Assembly (NCBI GenBank): GCA_958295775.1
Contig: CATQHC010000003.1
Coordinates: 91,419-155,418 of the forward strand
Direction: 5' to 3'
DNA length: 64,000 nucleotides
From: Chloroflexota bacterium
GTDB taxonomy: Bacteria; Chloroflexota; UBA11872; VXOZ01
Shown: in pieces, positions 40,080 through 48,986 of the stretch
Layout of the letters: every line of letters begins with the position of its first letter
Position numbering within the stretch: the stretch's first letter is position 1
Made by a program: the position numbers and the translations under genes
The notes under the pieces: model-generated
What the model saw: only the letters and a program-made list of their open reading frames with translations
What the model was told of the DNA's origin: nothing
Databases searched by the model: none

Positions 40080-40154
40080 GGTCCCGTGGTGTAGTTGGCC
40101 CAACACACGGCCCTGTCAAGGCTGAGATCGCCGGTTCGAATCCGGTCGGGACCG
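40080..40154 (+). tRNA. tRNA-Asp(GTC)
   Basis: GGTCCCG/CGGGACC acceptor stem and CGGCC-CTGTCAA-GGCTG anticodon arm. Confidence 0.96.
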
Positions 40155-40364
40155 CCCCCAAACCTAAAGGCCCGGACAGCGGGTCAATCTTGCAAAATAG
40201 TGAGAGGATCGTATTGGCACGGTCCTCTCATTTGCTTAAGGAGAGAAGGGCCCAGTAGTGCTCGTGGGCGGCGTGGCAACACCAGCGAAGGTCGCCGGGC
40301 GGCAAGTGGGCGTGAAGGAAAGAGCCGCGCGCGCTGAGGTGGCAGTGCGGATCAAGCTGCGTGT

Positions 40365-40400
40365 CGGTAGCTCCGGTAGCTCCGGTAGCTCCGGTAGCGC
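40365..40400. repeat. 9-bp tandem repeat (CGGTAGCTC)x4
   Basis: Three perfect units and one unit with one mismatch. Confidence 0.9.
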
Positions 40401-40428
40401 CGGCGTGGGCTAGGTGCCTGTGAAACGA

Positions 40429-40460
40429 GAGAAGCCGCGAGCTCAATGCCCGCGGCTTCT
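40429..40460 (-). terminator. Putative intrinsic terminator hairpin
   Basis: AGAAGCCGCG-N-CGCGGCTTCT stem downstream of the 40517-40990 gene. Confidence 0.55.
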
Positions 40461-40516
40461 TAGATTTCATGCGCTCATTCGGAAGAGCGAATATAGTCAG
40501 GTTCAGGTACGCGCTG

Positions 40517-40990
40517 CTAGCGTCCTACCGGCTGCTTTGCCGCACTCTGTGCAGAATCGACCATTTTGTGCAGCCGCGCTTCTTCACGCTTCTTCTGGGC
40601 CCAGCGCTTGGTCGTGACGAGGCGCTTGCGGCGGTATTCGGCATCGGTATGGTACTTGTTGCGGACGTAGCACTTTCGGCAGCGCAGCGCACGCTGGACG
40701 AGGGTGCCACAATCTACGCAGAACTTCGGTTCCTTGGGCTTCTTGGGTTGCTTGCTAAGGCGGATGCGGCGCAGCTCTGCCACGCGCTCCTTATTCTCCC
40801 GCGCCCACCGGCGATTCTTTTCCAGAATCTTATCTTTGTTGCGTTGGTAGTAGCGCTTGAAATACGTGGAAAGCCGCTCGGCGCGGCCGCAGCGGGCACA
40901 CAGGCCGGCTCGCTTGGACTTGCCGTCACGCTGGCCGGTAATGTCGGTCTCACAGCGTGCACAGGTGAGAACTTGAACTGTTGCCTCCAT
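40517..40990 (-). CDS. Basic hypothetical protein with four CxxC motifs
   Basis: CARC, CARC, CVDC and CRKC with K/R-rich helices; GGAGG RBS before ATG 40990. Confidence 0.75.
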   Translation of the reverse strand: MEATVQVLTCARCETDITGQRDGKSKRAGLCARCGRAERLSTYFKRYYQRNKDKILEKNRRWARENKERVAELRRIRLSKQPKKPKEPKFCVDCGTLVQRALRCRKCYVRNKYHTDAEYRRKRLVTTKRWAQKKREEARLHKMVDSAQSAAKQPVGR

Positions 40991-41635
40991 ATTAACCTCC
41001 AACGGAAATCCAACGATAGCACCAACTAGGCCAAGTACATGCTGCACACGGACGCGGTACGCAAACGCATCCACAATGCTGGTGAACTATCGCTTACTCA
41101 AGATTACTCGTACGCTTACTTTGTGTGCTTTTTCACATGCGAATACAGGATATCTAATAATGGCGGCTGCTGTCAAGCTTCTGCAAATCCGATTGATGCG
41201 CGCCATTGCAGGGAAAAGTGCCTCTCGACCCAATTCAACCTCACGAAGTTTCCTAAGAGATTGATAAGAATTGTTGCCTGTGAAGCACCACAGCCGGTTG
41301 CAGCCAAACGCTATGTAGCGTAACGGTTAATTGGATTTTCCCAAATGTGGCATACCACAATACGCAGGAAGTTGACAGGCTTGGGGTCGCCCTACACAAT
41401 AGGCGCTAGCGGGAAGACGTACTCTTTTTCCCACACATATGCACACGGCACACCGAACTATTGACAGGTGCACGTCCTGGCGCTTTTGATGTTACCTTTA
41501 TCACAAGCTTCAGCCTAGATTGCGAGTCTATGCCGGGAATCGCGGCTTCCGCTCTCGCACAGACAAGGGCCCGCAAGGTTCAAGATTGCCTTGCCAAGTA
41601 TACGTGCGCACGTATCAAGAACAAAGGCGTAGCGC

Positions 41636-42571
41636 GTGGCGCTCTCATCCACGGTTGAATATCCTGCCTGGCCGACGCTTTCGCCCAACGGTTGGAGTTG
41701 GCCGGCGTTTGCCTTGGGCGGGTTCTGGTACTTGCGGCAAGGCATGACTCAAAAGGGGCGCGTGCTGCTCGTGCCCCAAGCTATCGTGGTAGTGCTTGCG
41801 CTCTTCAACGGACTGTATCTACTCCGCCAATTGGCATTCCCGGCGGTTGTAGCTCCCGCGCTGTTCGGCGGGCTCTTGCTTTGGTCGTTCTTTGGCTCCT
41901 ACTGCGCCGCGTCGTTTCGGGGCGATGCCTACCGCCGCTGGTGCGCTGAGAGTAATCAGACGCCGCTCGTGCCGACCCAGTGGCAGTGGTGGGCGTTTCT
42001 GCTCACCGGCGGTTGGTACGTGGCTAACGGCATGCGCGTGAAGGGCCTCTGGCTGTGGCTGGCCTTCTTCACCTCGGTGGGAAGTGTCGTGGGTATACCG
42101 ATCGCGTTTGCCCTCATGTGCTTTTGCGGGGCGAATGCTCGGGCGGAACAGTTTTTGGATAAACCACCGGCGCACATCGGCCCGACGCCGCAGGAGGGCT
42201 GGATTCACCAGGATATCCTGAAGGCGCTGACCGCGGTTGCCCAGACTCCCCAGGTCTCGCTGCGCGCCTCGCTGGTGGAGACCGCGGTCCGCGGCCTGCG
42301 GCGACGGGGGTATACCGTGCGCATGGAAGATGAGCAAGATGAAGAAGCCACGGCCCTCACGCTGCAGCGCGGCGCTCGCTCTGTGGTTGTGCGTGTGGTC
42401 CCGGATTCGCCGGTAGCCGTAGCGCAGGTCGAGCAACTTGTGGCCGCTTTAGAGGATGATTCCTATCGGGTCGGCGTGCTGGTGGTGAACGGTCCGCTTT
42501 CCGGACCGGCCCAGGACGGGGCAGCGCGGGCGCACGTGCGTGTGCTCAACGTGCAGGAAGCGGCAACATAG
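41636..42571 (+). CDS. Membrane protein with two DUF2628-like repeats and a C-terminal Mrr/restriction-endonuclease-like fold
   Basis: WSWPAFALGGFWYLRQGM and WQWWAFLLTGGWYVANGM repeats; C-terminus LRRRGYTV...VAVAQVEQLVAAL...GVLVVNGPLSGPAQDGA. Confidence 0.6.
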   Translation: MALSSTVEYPAWPTLSPNGWSWPAFALGGFWYLRQGMTQKGRVLLVPQAIVVVLALFNGLYLLRQLAFPAVVAPALFGGLLLWSFFGSYCAASFRGDAYRRWCAESNQTPLVPTQWQWWAFLLTGGWYVANGMRVKGLWLWLAFFTSVGSVVGIPIAFALMCFCGANARAEQFLDKPPAHIGPTPQEGWIHQDILKALTAVAQTPQVSLRASLVETAVRGLRRRGYTVRMEDEQDEEATALTLQRGARSVVVRVVPDSPVAVAQVEQLVAALEDDSYRVGVLVVNGPLSGPAQDGAARAHVRVLNVQEAAT

Positions 42572-42695
42572 CAATGGTGTGAGCGCGCGCCGCCTGATTG
42601 CAAAGTCTTGTATTGAATTGCTGGCCTAGCGGGTGTGGGTGTGGTTTGGAATAAATAGCCTGCGTGCCACCCCGCGGGCAAGAGGAGCGAAGCTT

Positions 42696-43502
42696 GTGAT
42701 GTTACGGCGAATTGCGGCAGTTGGCCTGCTGGCAGTTGGCGCGGTCATGTTCCTGCGCCGGTTGCGGCAGTGGGCCGGCGAGCCGCCGGTGCAGCGCACC
42801 TCCCACAAAGAGGCAATTGAGCCGCCGGAACTGGTCGCGCGCTACAGCCGCTTCATGGGCCTACCTCCCATGCGGCTGATACGCGCGTACCTCGCCCGCT
42901 ACGTTGCCGCCGGTGCAGTGCAGTGGCGCATCCTCGACGTGGGGTGCGGGCCGGGGTGGTTTCCGCTGGAACTCGCGGAGGTCGCGCCCAATGCGCACGT
43001 TACAGGCGTTGATCTCTCGCATCCGATGACGGTCACCGCCGTCGCGCACGCCGCAAATCATCGCAGTGTGGAGCGCGTGCACTTTGCGCAGGCGCGCGGC
43101 GAAGTATTGCCATTCGCAGACGGCACGTTCGACCTCGTCGTCAGCACCCTGGCGTTGCACCACTTGCAAGATCCGGTAGCCGCCCTGGAAGAACTGCGGC
43201 GCGTCGTCCGGCCGTCGGGCAGGATCGTCGTATTTGACACGCGCCGCAATCTTCATCCCTGGCTGTGGACGGCGCTCAAGGTCTCGCAGGCATTCGTGGA
43301 CGGATTGGCACTCTGCGAGAACGGCGAACCGGCAGCGTCCATCGGCGCGTCATATACCGCGTCGGAAGCCCAGCGCCTGGCGCTCCAAGCCGGTTGGGAG
43401 CGGGTGCAGGCGCGCGCCGGCATCGGTTGGATTGTATTGGAGCGACGAGCTGCGCCCACGGCTTCATTGCCACTGCCCCCGGTGCCGCGCCCCAGGCGAT
43501 AG
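42696..43502 (+). CDS. Class I SAM-dependent methyltransferase
   Basis: ILDVGCGPG, GVDLS and LPFADGTFDLVVSTLALHH motifs; GAGGAG RBS. Confidence 0.9.
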   Translation: MMLRRIAAVGLLAVGAVMFLRRLRQWAGEPPVQRTSHKEAIEPPELVARYSRFMGLPPMRLIRAYLARYVAAGAVQWRILDVGCGPGWFPLELAEVAPNAHVTGVDLSHPMTVTAVAHAANHRSVERVHFAQARGEVLPFADGTFDLVVSTLALHHLQDPVAALEELRRVVRPSGRIVVFDTRRNLHPWLWTALKVSQAFVDGLALCENGEPAASIGASYTASEAQRLALQAGWERVQARAGIGWIVLERRAAPTASLPLPPVPRPRR

Positions 43503-43766
43503 CATCCTTCGTAAGAAACTGGAAGTGTTTCTGCTACCGGCCTCAGCAGAGCGGGCACGCAGGTGACGCGGCCCGTGTTGCCGCAGTTTCCTCACCGCCC
43601 AATCCGGTAAGAGGCCTACTCAGTAGTCACGCGCACCGCCTATGAGGGCGTATCTCAACGAATTTGTTCGCCGGTCGTCGACAGAGGGTATCGCAGGGCG
43701 AGCTTCTGCTAAGATTGTTGGCAACCAACCTGCGTAGCGCTTTTCCGAGAGTGAGACCGGTCGCCC

Positions 43767-45488
43767 ATGAGTCAATCTCACATGCAAGTGCGCGTGCCGG
43801 GGAGTACCCGCCGGTTCTCGCTGGGACTGAATGAAAGCTACCTTGGCTTGCGCGGGCTCTTCACCGGGCTCTTGCTTGCGGTGCTTTTCTTGGATAGAGC
43901 CTGGCCGTGGCAGGCTGCACTGCCATGGCTGCTGGCGGCGGTGATTGCGCCCGTGGGCGTTATCGGCTGGCAATGGGGTTACTGGTGGCTGCTCCGGCGC
44001 ATGGGAGCGACAGGCCCGGCGGCCGGCAGCGTCCTGAACTGGTCATTAGCGCCGCTGTGGCTGGCCGTACCGGGCCTGCTGCTATTCTACTTTTCCGATT
44101 ACGTCCACTATGTGCTTTGGAATATTGCGCTGCCCCGCATCCTGCTGGTATACGCGATCGTGGGAGGCACACTCCTCCTGCAACTGTGGGCGCTCGATAC
44201 CGCTCCGGCGTTGGACCGCTGGCCGCCGCTGCGTCTCGCGAGGTTCTTGCGCGTTTCCCGTGCAAGCGGGAATCTGCTCCAAGAAAGCTGGCGCCGGGTG
44301 TGGCAGCTCCTTTCCGCGCACGGAGCGCTCGTCATACTTCTGCTGGCGGGTCTGGCGCTGCGCATGCGGCAGTTCCTCCACGAGGGCGGCGACGTGGAGC
44401 ACTTCTATTTCTATGCCAGCACGGTTTTCACGAAGATCCACTTTCTCTACTACCACCTGACCGGAGACTTGCCTTGGCCCCAGGACCAATTGGCCACCTT
44501 TCATCTCATCATGGCGCCGCTGTGGCGCGCGGCCTACCACTTCGACTGGCCGCAGATACTCTCAATCAAGATTCCTACCTATACGGCGGATGTGCTGAGC
44601 ACGCTCGTCGTCTACGTGCTGGCGTTGCAAGCGCAAAAGCGTTTCTTAGGAGAAGCGGTTGGCGAAGAGACTCGTGATGCTGCTGGCGGAGGCGTGCGGT
44701 CGCTGCGCCAGAGGGGACAGCTTATCGCGCTGGTGGCCGCGGCGATCTGGTACTTGCAGCCCTGGCTGCTCACCGCCACCATCGATAATGCGCAAAGCCA
44801 CGCCGTCGCCCTGCTCTTCTTCGTGCTGGCGGTGGCGCGGTGGGAGAAGCCCTGGCTCGTGGGCATCTTGCTGGCGCTGGCCGCTTCCACGCGCCTGGAG
44901 TTCGGCATTGCCGGGATAGTGGCGTTCTTCTGGTACCTGCGCTGGCGCGGCCCGCGCGACGCGGGTCTCTATGCGCTCACGTCGCTCGGCTTGCTTGGGC
45001 TGATCGCAGTGCCGTACGCCCTCGCCGACTTTACGGCGTTCCGTTGGGCACTCGGCGGACACCTGCTGGACCGCGGCGAGCCGCTGCTGCTCGTGCAAGA
45101 ACTCTACCGTGCGTTCGGCGCGACGGCGCCCGCGTGGCTCGATACGCTCGACAACCGCTACGTGGGCCTGGCCAACGCGCTCTTTGCCATACTGGTGATG
45201 TTCGATCCCAGCCACCGCCGCGCCCTGGCCAAGGCCGGGCTCTTCTACATCCTCACGCTGCCGGTCATCCACGACCGCTACCTCTTGTTCGGCCTGGCCG
45301 CGCTCTTCCTCTTTGCGCTGCCCCAACGCCGCTTGGCCTACCTCATCATCGGCCTGCTCTGGGTAACTGCATTCATTCCCGTACTCTGGTTCCTCGCCAC
45401 CTTCCTGGCCGTACTGGCGCTGCTTTTCTTCACCAAGGAACCGCGCCAGAATGCAGTGGCGGTCAGACATCCCAATGTTGGGCCGTAG
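43767..45488 (+). CDS. Multi-pass membrane protein, possibly a GT-C-fold glycosyltransferase
   Basis: Many TM segments with GGDVEHF, KIPTYTADV and VIHDRYL, reminiscent of GT87/mannosyltransferase-like proteins. Confidence 0.55.
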   Translation: MSQSHMQVRVPGSTRRFSLGLNESYLGLRGLFTGLLLAVLFLDRAWPWQAALPWLLAAVIAPVGVIGWQWGYWWLLRRMGATGPAAGSVLNWSLAPLWLAVPGLLLFYFSDYVHYVLWNIALPRILLVYAIVGGTLLLQLWALDTAPALDRWPPLRLARFLRVSRASGNLLQESWRRVWQLLSAHGALVILLLAGLALRMRQFLHEGGDVEHFYFYASTVFTKIHFLYYHLTGDLPWPQDQLATFHLIMAPLWRAAYHFDWPQILSIKIPTYTADVLSTLVVYVLALQAQKRFLGEAVGEETRDAAGGGVRSLRQRGQLIALVAAAIWYLQPWLLTATIDNAQSHAVALLFFVLAVARWEKPWLVGILLALAASTRLEFGIAGIVAFFWYLRWRGPRDAGLYALTSLGLLGLIAVPYALADFTAFRWALGGHLLDRGEPLLLVQELYRAFGATAPAWLDTLDNRYVGLANALFAILVMFDPSHRRALAKAGLFYILTLPVIHDRYLLFGLAALFLFALPQRRLAYLIIGLLWVTAFIPVLWFLATFLAVLALLFFTKEPRQNAVAVRHPNVGP

Positions 45489-45583
45489 TGCTCGGGCAGA
45501 GCGTTTGTATTAGCTTGACCCAACTGCAGGGCCAAGGTGCTCTACTTGAATTGAGACCAGTGGCGTCAGAGGCTGTCAGCAAC

Positions 45584-46654
45584 TCAATTTTCCTCGATTC
45601 CAATGGGATGGGGTTCTTTGCCTAGAATTTCCACATATGTAGAAGGCACCGACAGATTCTTGACCAAGAATTCGACCCATTCGTCAGTATAGATGTAGTC
45701 TTTGTGTGGTTTGTCATATTGGCAGAATCTGGGATTCGTTATCGTGGGAGCTGTGGCATTAGTAGCTGGCCTAACTTGGTAGAATTTCCAACAAACCGTG
45801 TGATCATTGATCCTAAACCTGTACCCGAGCTTAGCTTCTACCTTACGCACTACGTCACCTGGCTTCATTTCTCCAGGATGAGCTACCGGAGTTTCACGTG
45901 TCTTGATCAGAGTTACGAACCTCTCGTACTCACTTCTCAATTCGTCATTGAGATCCTCAGGTTTGATGAATTCGACAGCTGCATCAGAGGATTTGGCACG
46001 GTTTGCAGGTTTGGGAATGAGAAACACCCTGAAACTATATTCCATGCTTTGCTCAGTGTCCGTAGATAAACCACTACGGAATCGCTCCACATAGTCCATA
46101 ACCGACGAATAACTCTTGCTCTGTAGTGATCTAAGTGCCTCTAGCTTTTTCCTTGGAACAACGGTTGAGAACTGAAGCGACACGGTTAGGCTTTCATTGA
46201 GTGCGTATTGGTCACCAAACTCCTCGCTCAGAAGTGCTTCAAAGTTCAATAGGAGTGCCTGGCATTCACCGAAAATCCGATCATCAAGGTGAGGCATGTT
46301 TCGGTGTTCTATCTTGTTCCTTAGTCCAATGAAGAACTCCAAATTCCTACGTGCTGGCGGGTTTTCGTCCTTGTAGAACTGACGCAAGCACTCTTTGAGT
46401 TCCCATGCCTTTTTGTCCCCATCCACCTTCTTGTATCGGACATACCTTTTAGTCCTTATTCTCGTGTAGAACGGTTTGACACGGTCTCTGAGAAAGACTG
46501 CATGGAATAAAGATGTCCAAGCTATAACCATCAATACTATGTATGCACCAGACCTAAAGGCGGTTTCCGGTCTGTTATAGCATCCAACAGCGAGCAGAGC
46601 AGACTCTCTGGCCTTCTCCAGGCAAGCTTTGACGTCACGGGGCAGCCTTTTCAC
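45584..46654 (-). CDS. DUF3644-family HEPN-like protein (lower-GC insert)
   Basis: KARESALLAV..YNRP, IAWTSLFHA, WELKECL and LRNKIEH (RNxxxH) motifs. Confidence 0.8.
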   Translation of the reverse strand: MKRLPRDVKACLEKARESALLAVGCYNRPETAFRSGAYIVLMVIAWTSLFHAVFLRDRVKPFYTRIRTKRYVRYKKVDGDKKAWELKECLRQFYKDENPPARRNLEFFIGLRNKIEHRNMPHLDDRIFGECQALLLNFEALLSEEFGDQYALNESLTVSLQFSTVVPRKKLEALRSLQSKSYSSVMDYVERFRSGLSTDTEQSMEYSFRVFLIPKPANRAKSSDAAVEFIKPEDLNDELRSEYERFVTLIKTRETPVAHPGEMKPGDVVRKVEAKLGYRFRINDHTVCWKFYQVRPATNATAPTITNPRFCQYDKPHKDYIYTDEWVEFLVKNLSVPSTYVEILGKEPHPIGIEEN

Positions 46655-46911
46655 AACGACCCTCTCCCGTCTCAGTGAGAATTGGGATTAGCTGGATTCC
46701 ATCGATGCTGATTGACGATGATTACAAGTAGAATGCTATACTCTATTGTCCCTCACTAGCAATGACATTGCTCAATTCACACTCGGCCTGCGTTCTTGGC
46801 ATTTTCTTGCAAAACACATAGTCTAGAGACAGGAAGGCTCGATATTCAATGCGGGCGAATGACGTTCAAGAAGCTTACACAACACGGTATGGTAGCTTTG
46901 GAAGCTCTATC

Positions 46912-47559
46912 ATGATCGCGATAATTGACTACGGCGCGGGGAATCTGCGCAGCGTCAGCCGGGCGGTGGCGTTGTACACGCAGGACTATGTGGTAACGCA
47001 GGACCCGGCTGATGTAGAGCGCGCCGCGGCGGTGATTCTGCCCGGCGTGGGCGCGGCGGGTGATACCATTCGCGGGCTCGAGCGGCACGGCATGACGGAA
47101 TTGGTGAAGGAGACGATTGCCTCCGGCAAGCCCTACTTCGGCATCTGCATGGGGTTGCAGGTCTTGCTGACTGAGAGCGAGGAGGACGGCGGCACGCCCT
47201 GTCTGGATATCTATCCAGGCACCGTGCGGCGCTTTCCCAAGGGGCTCACCGTGCCCCATATGGGCTGGAACCAGGTGCGCCAGGCCCAGGCGCATCCGAT
47301 GTTCGCCGGCGTGCCGGACGAAGCCTATTTCTACTTCGTGCACTCGTATTACACCGATCCGGACGACGCTACGCTGACGGCCGGCGCCACCGACTACGGC
47401 GTCACGTTTCCCAGCGTGCTGGCGCACGAGAACGTGTTTGCCACCCAATTTCACCCGGAAAAGAGCGCTGCCATGGGCCTGCGGCTCTACGCGAATTTCG
47501 TGGCGTGGGCGACGGGAGTAAAGTCCCGCGTGCAAAGTGGCGCCCATACTGAACCTTAG
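46912..47559 (+). CDS. hisH: Imidazole glycerol phosphate synthase glutaminase subunit
   Basis: IIDYGAGNLRSV, GICMGLQ, PHMGWN, YFVHSY and QFHPEKS motifs. Confidence 0.96.
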   Translation: MIAIIDYGAGNLRSVSRAVALYTQDYVVTQDPADVERAAAVILPGVGAAGDTIRGLERHGMTELVKETIASGKPYFGICMGLQVLLTESEEDGGTPCLDIYPGTVRRFPKGLTVPHMGWNQVRQAQAHPMFAGVPDEAYFYFVHSYYTDPDDATLTAGATDYGVTFPSVLAHENVFATQFHPEKSAAMGLRLYANFVAWATGVKSRVQSGAHTEP

Positions 47560-47619
47560 CCAGTCCCGGGGCTGCGGAATGTCCGCGGCTTGCCCGAGAC
47601 GGTAGGAGTTCTTTGCGCT

Positions 47620-47940
47620 AAAGAGCGGGAGACAAGCCCCAACGTTGTCGCGTTACAAGGAAAAGGCAATCACAAGGGTGTCCTGTTACGCATTGACAAA
47701 CGCGGTTGTAGGGGCACGACATGTCGTGCCCCTACGTGACTGCAAGGAAGTCTTGACCCCTCATGGCAATGCGTAGTCCCACGATTGTCCCACGTGAACG
47801 GTAATGCGACAGCATTGGGGACAAGCACCCGCGCTACGACGCATCGATGAGGGTCAAATGCTATACTGTCGTTTTCGCAAGATGAGAGCGGCGTACACGG
47901 ATTGACTCAAGAGGGCCGCAGGTTGCAAACCTGCGCTACC
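47620..47940. repeat. Cluster of mixed REP palindromes between hisH and hisA
   Basis: Family A (47708), family C (47917) and GGGGACAAGC...CGCGCTAC-type units, related to those at 59172 and 63814. Confidence 0.75.
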
Positions 47941-48008
47941 GGGATGTGAAAGGCCGAACGTGCAGGACGCCGCAGCGCAAGCGGCGCGCAGGCCGATAAC
48001 AAGCAAGA

Positions 48009-48734
48009 ATGATTGTAATTCCCGCCATAGACATCAAAGACGGCGCGGTGGTGCGCCTCTATAAAGGCGATTTCGGCCAGAGTACGGTCTTCTCCCACGA
48101 TCCGGTAGAAACCGCCCTTGGTTGGGAGGAGCAAGGCGCCGCGTTGCTCCACGTGGTAGACCTGGACGGCACCGAGAAGGGCGGCAGCCGAAACCTGCCG
48201 GTGGTGGCAGCCGTTGCGGACGCGCTGAACATTCCCGTGCAGATGGGCGGCGGCTTGCGCGATCTGGCCGCCATTGAACAGACGGTTGCCGCGGGGGTGG
48301 ACCGGGTCGTGTTGGGCACGGTGGCGCTGGCGGATCCCGCGCTGGTGGCCGAAGCGTGCGCGCGTTACCCCGGCCGCGTGGTGGTGGCTTTGGACGCCCG
48401 CAACGGCAAGGTAGTGACCCACGGCTGGCAGCAGCCAAGCGACGTTGACATGTTCGTTCTGGCGCAACAGATGGCGGCGGTCGGCGTCAGCCGCTTCCTT
48501 TACACCGACGTGGAACGCGACGGCACGCTGAGCCAGCCAAACTTCGCGGCCACTGCGGCGCTCGCAGAGGCCGTGAGCGTGCCCGTAATCGCCTCCGGCG
48601 GCGTGGCGACGCTGGACCATCTCACACGGCTGGCAGGGCTCGGCGTGGAAGGGTCTATCGTCGGCTCCGCGCTCTATCGGGGCGCGTTCACGCTGCCCGA
48701 AGCGCTGGCGGTGGTGAGCAGTGAGGGACAATAG
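48009..48734 (+). CDS. hisA: ProFAR isomerase
   Basis: IPAIDIKDGAVVRL, LHVVDLDG, GGGLR, YTDVERDG and IASGG motifs. Confidence 0.96.
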   Translation: MIVIPAIDIKDGAVVRLYKGDFGQSTVFSHDPVETALGWEEQGAALLHVVDLDGTEKGGSRNLPVVAAVADALNIPVQMGGGLRDLAAIEQTVAAGVDRVVLGTVALADPALVAEACARYPGRVVVALDARNGKVVTHGWQQPSDVDMFVLAQQMAAVGVSRFLYTDVERDGTLSQPNFAATAALAEAVSVPVIASGGVATLDHLTRLAGLGVEGSIVGSALYRGAFTLPEALAVVSSEGQ

Positions 48735-48869
48735 AGGACGGTCCGGTAGCCTTGTGTCACTCCTTCTGTGTCAGAACGGTCGATCAGGATGCGGAATCGT
48801 TGTGGGAAAGTTTAGCCGGAGCGGACACCAATGGCGCACAAGGGGAACTAGACTACAGCCTATTTCCCC

Positions 48870-48898
48870 TTGACATTTTTGCTCCTAATTGCTAGTAT
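48870..48898 (+). promoter_or_regulatory. Strong sigma70-type promoter
   Basis: TTGACA(48870-75)-17 bp-TAGTAT(48893-98) with extended -10 TG. Confidence 0.75.
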
Positions 48899-48902
48899 CT
48901 AG

Positions 48903-48963
48903 ATACAACCCCTATCGCTTCGCCGGTAGGGTGGAGACCGCTCTCAGAGCGGTCTCTGTCTTT
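48903..48963 (+). ncRNA. Candidate short structured RNA/leader: two hairpins, the second terminator-like
   Basis: CCCUAUCG-CUUCGC-CGGUAGGG (48910-48931) and GAGACCGCUC-UCA-GAGCGGUCUC-UGUCUUU (48934-48963). Confidence 0.5.
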
Positions 48964-48986
48964 AAGATGGCCAGATGGAGTGTCAA

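Noticed and set aside
38457-41600. tRNA-anchored genomic island or prophage
   Set aside because: No integrase, no duplicated tRNA 3' end (att site) and no phage structural genes seen.
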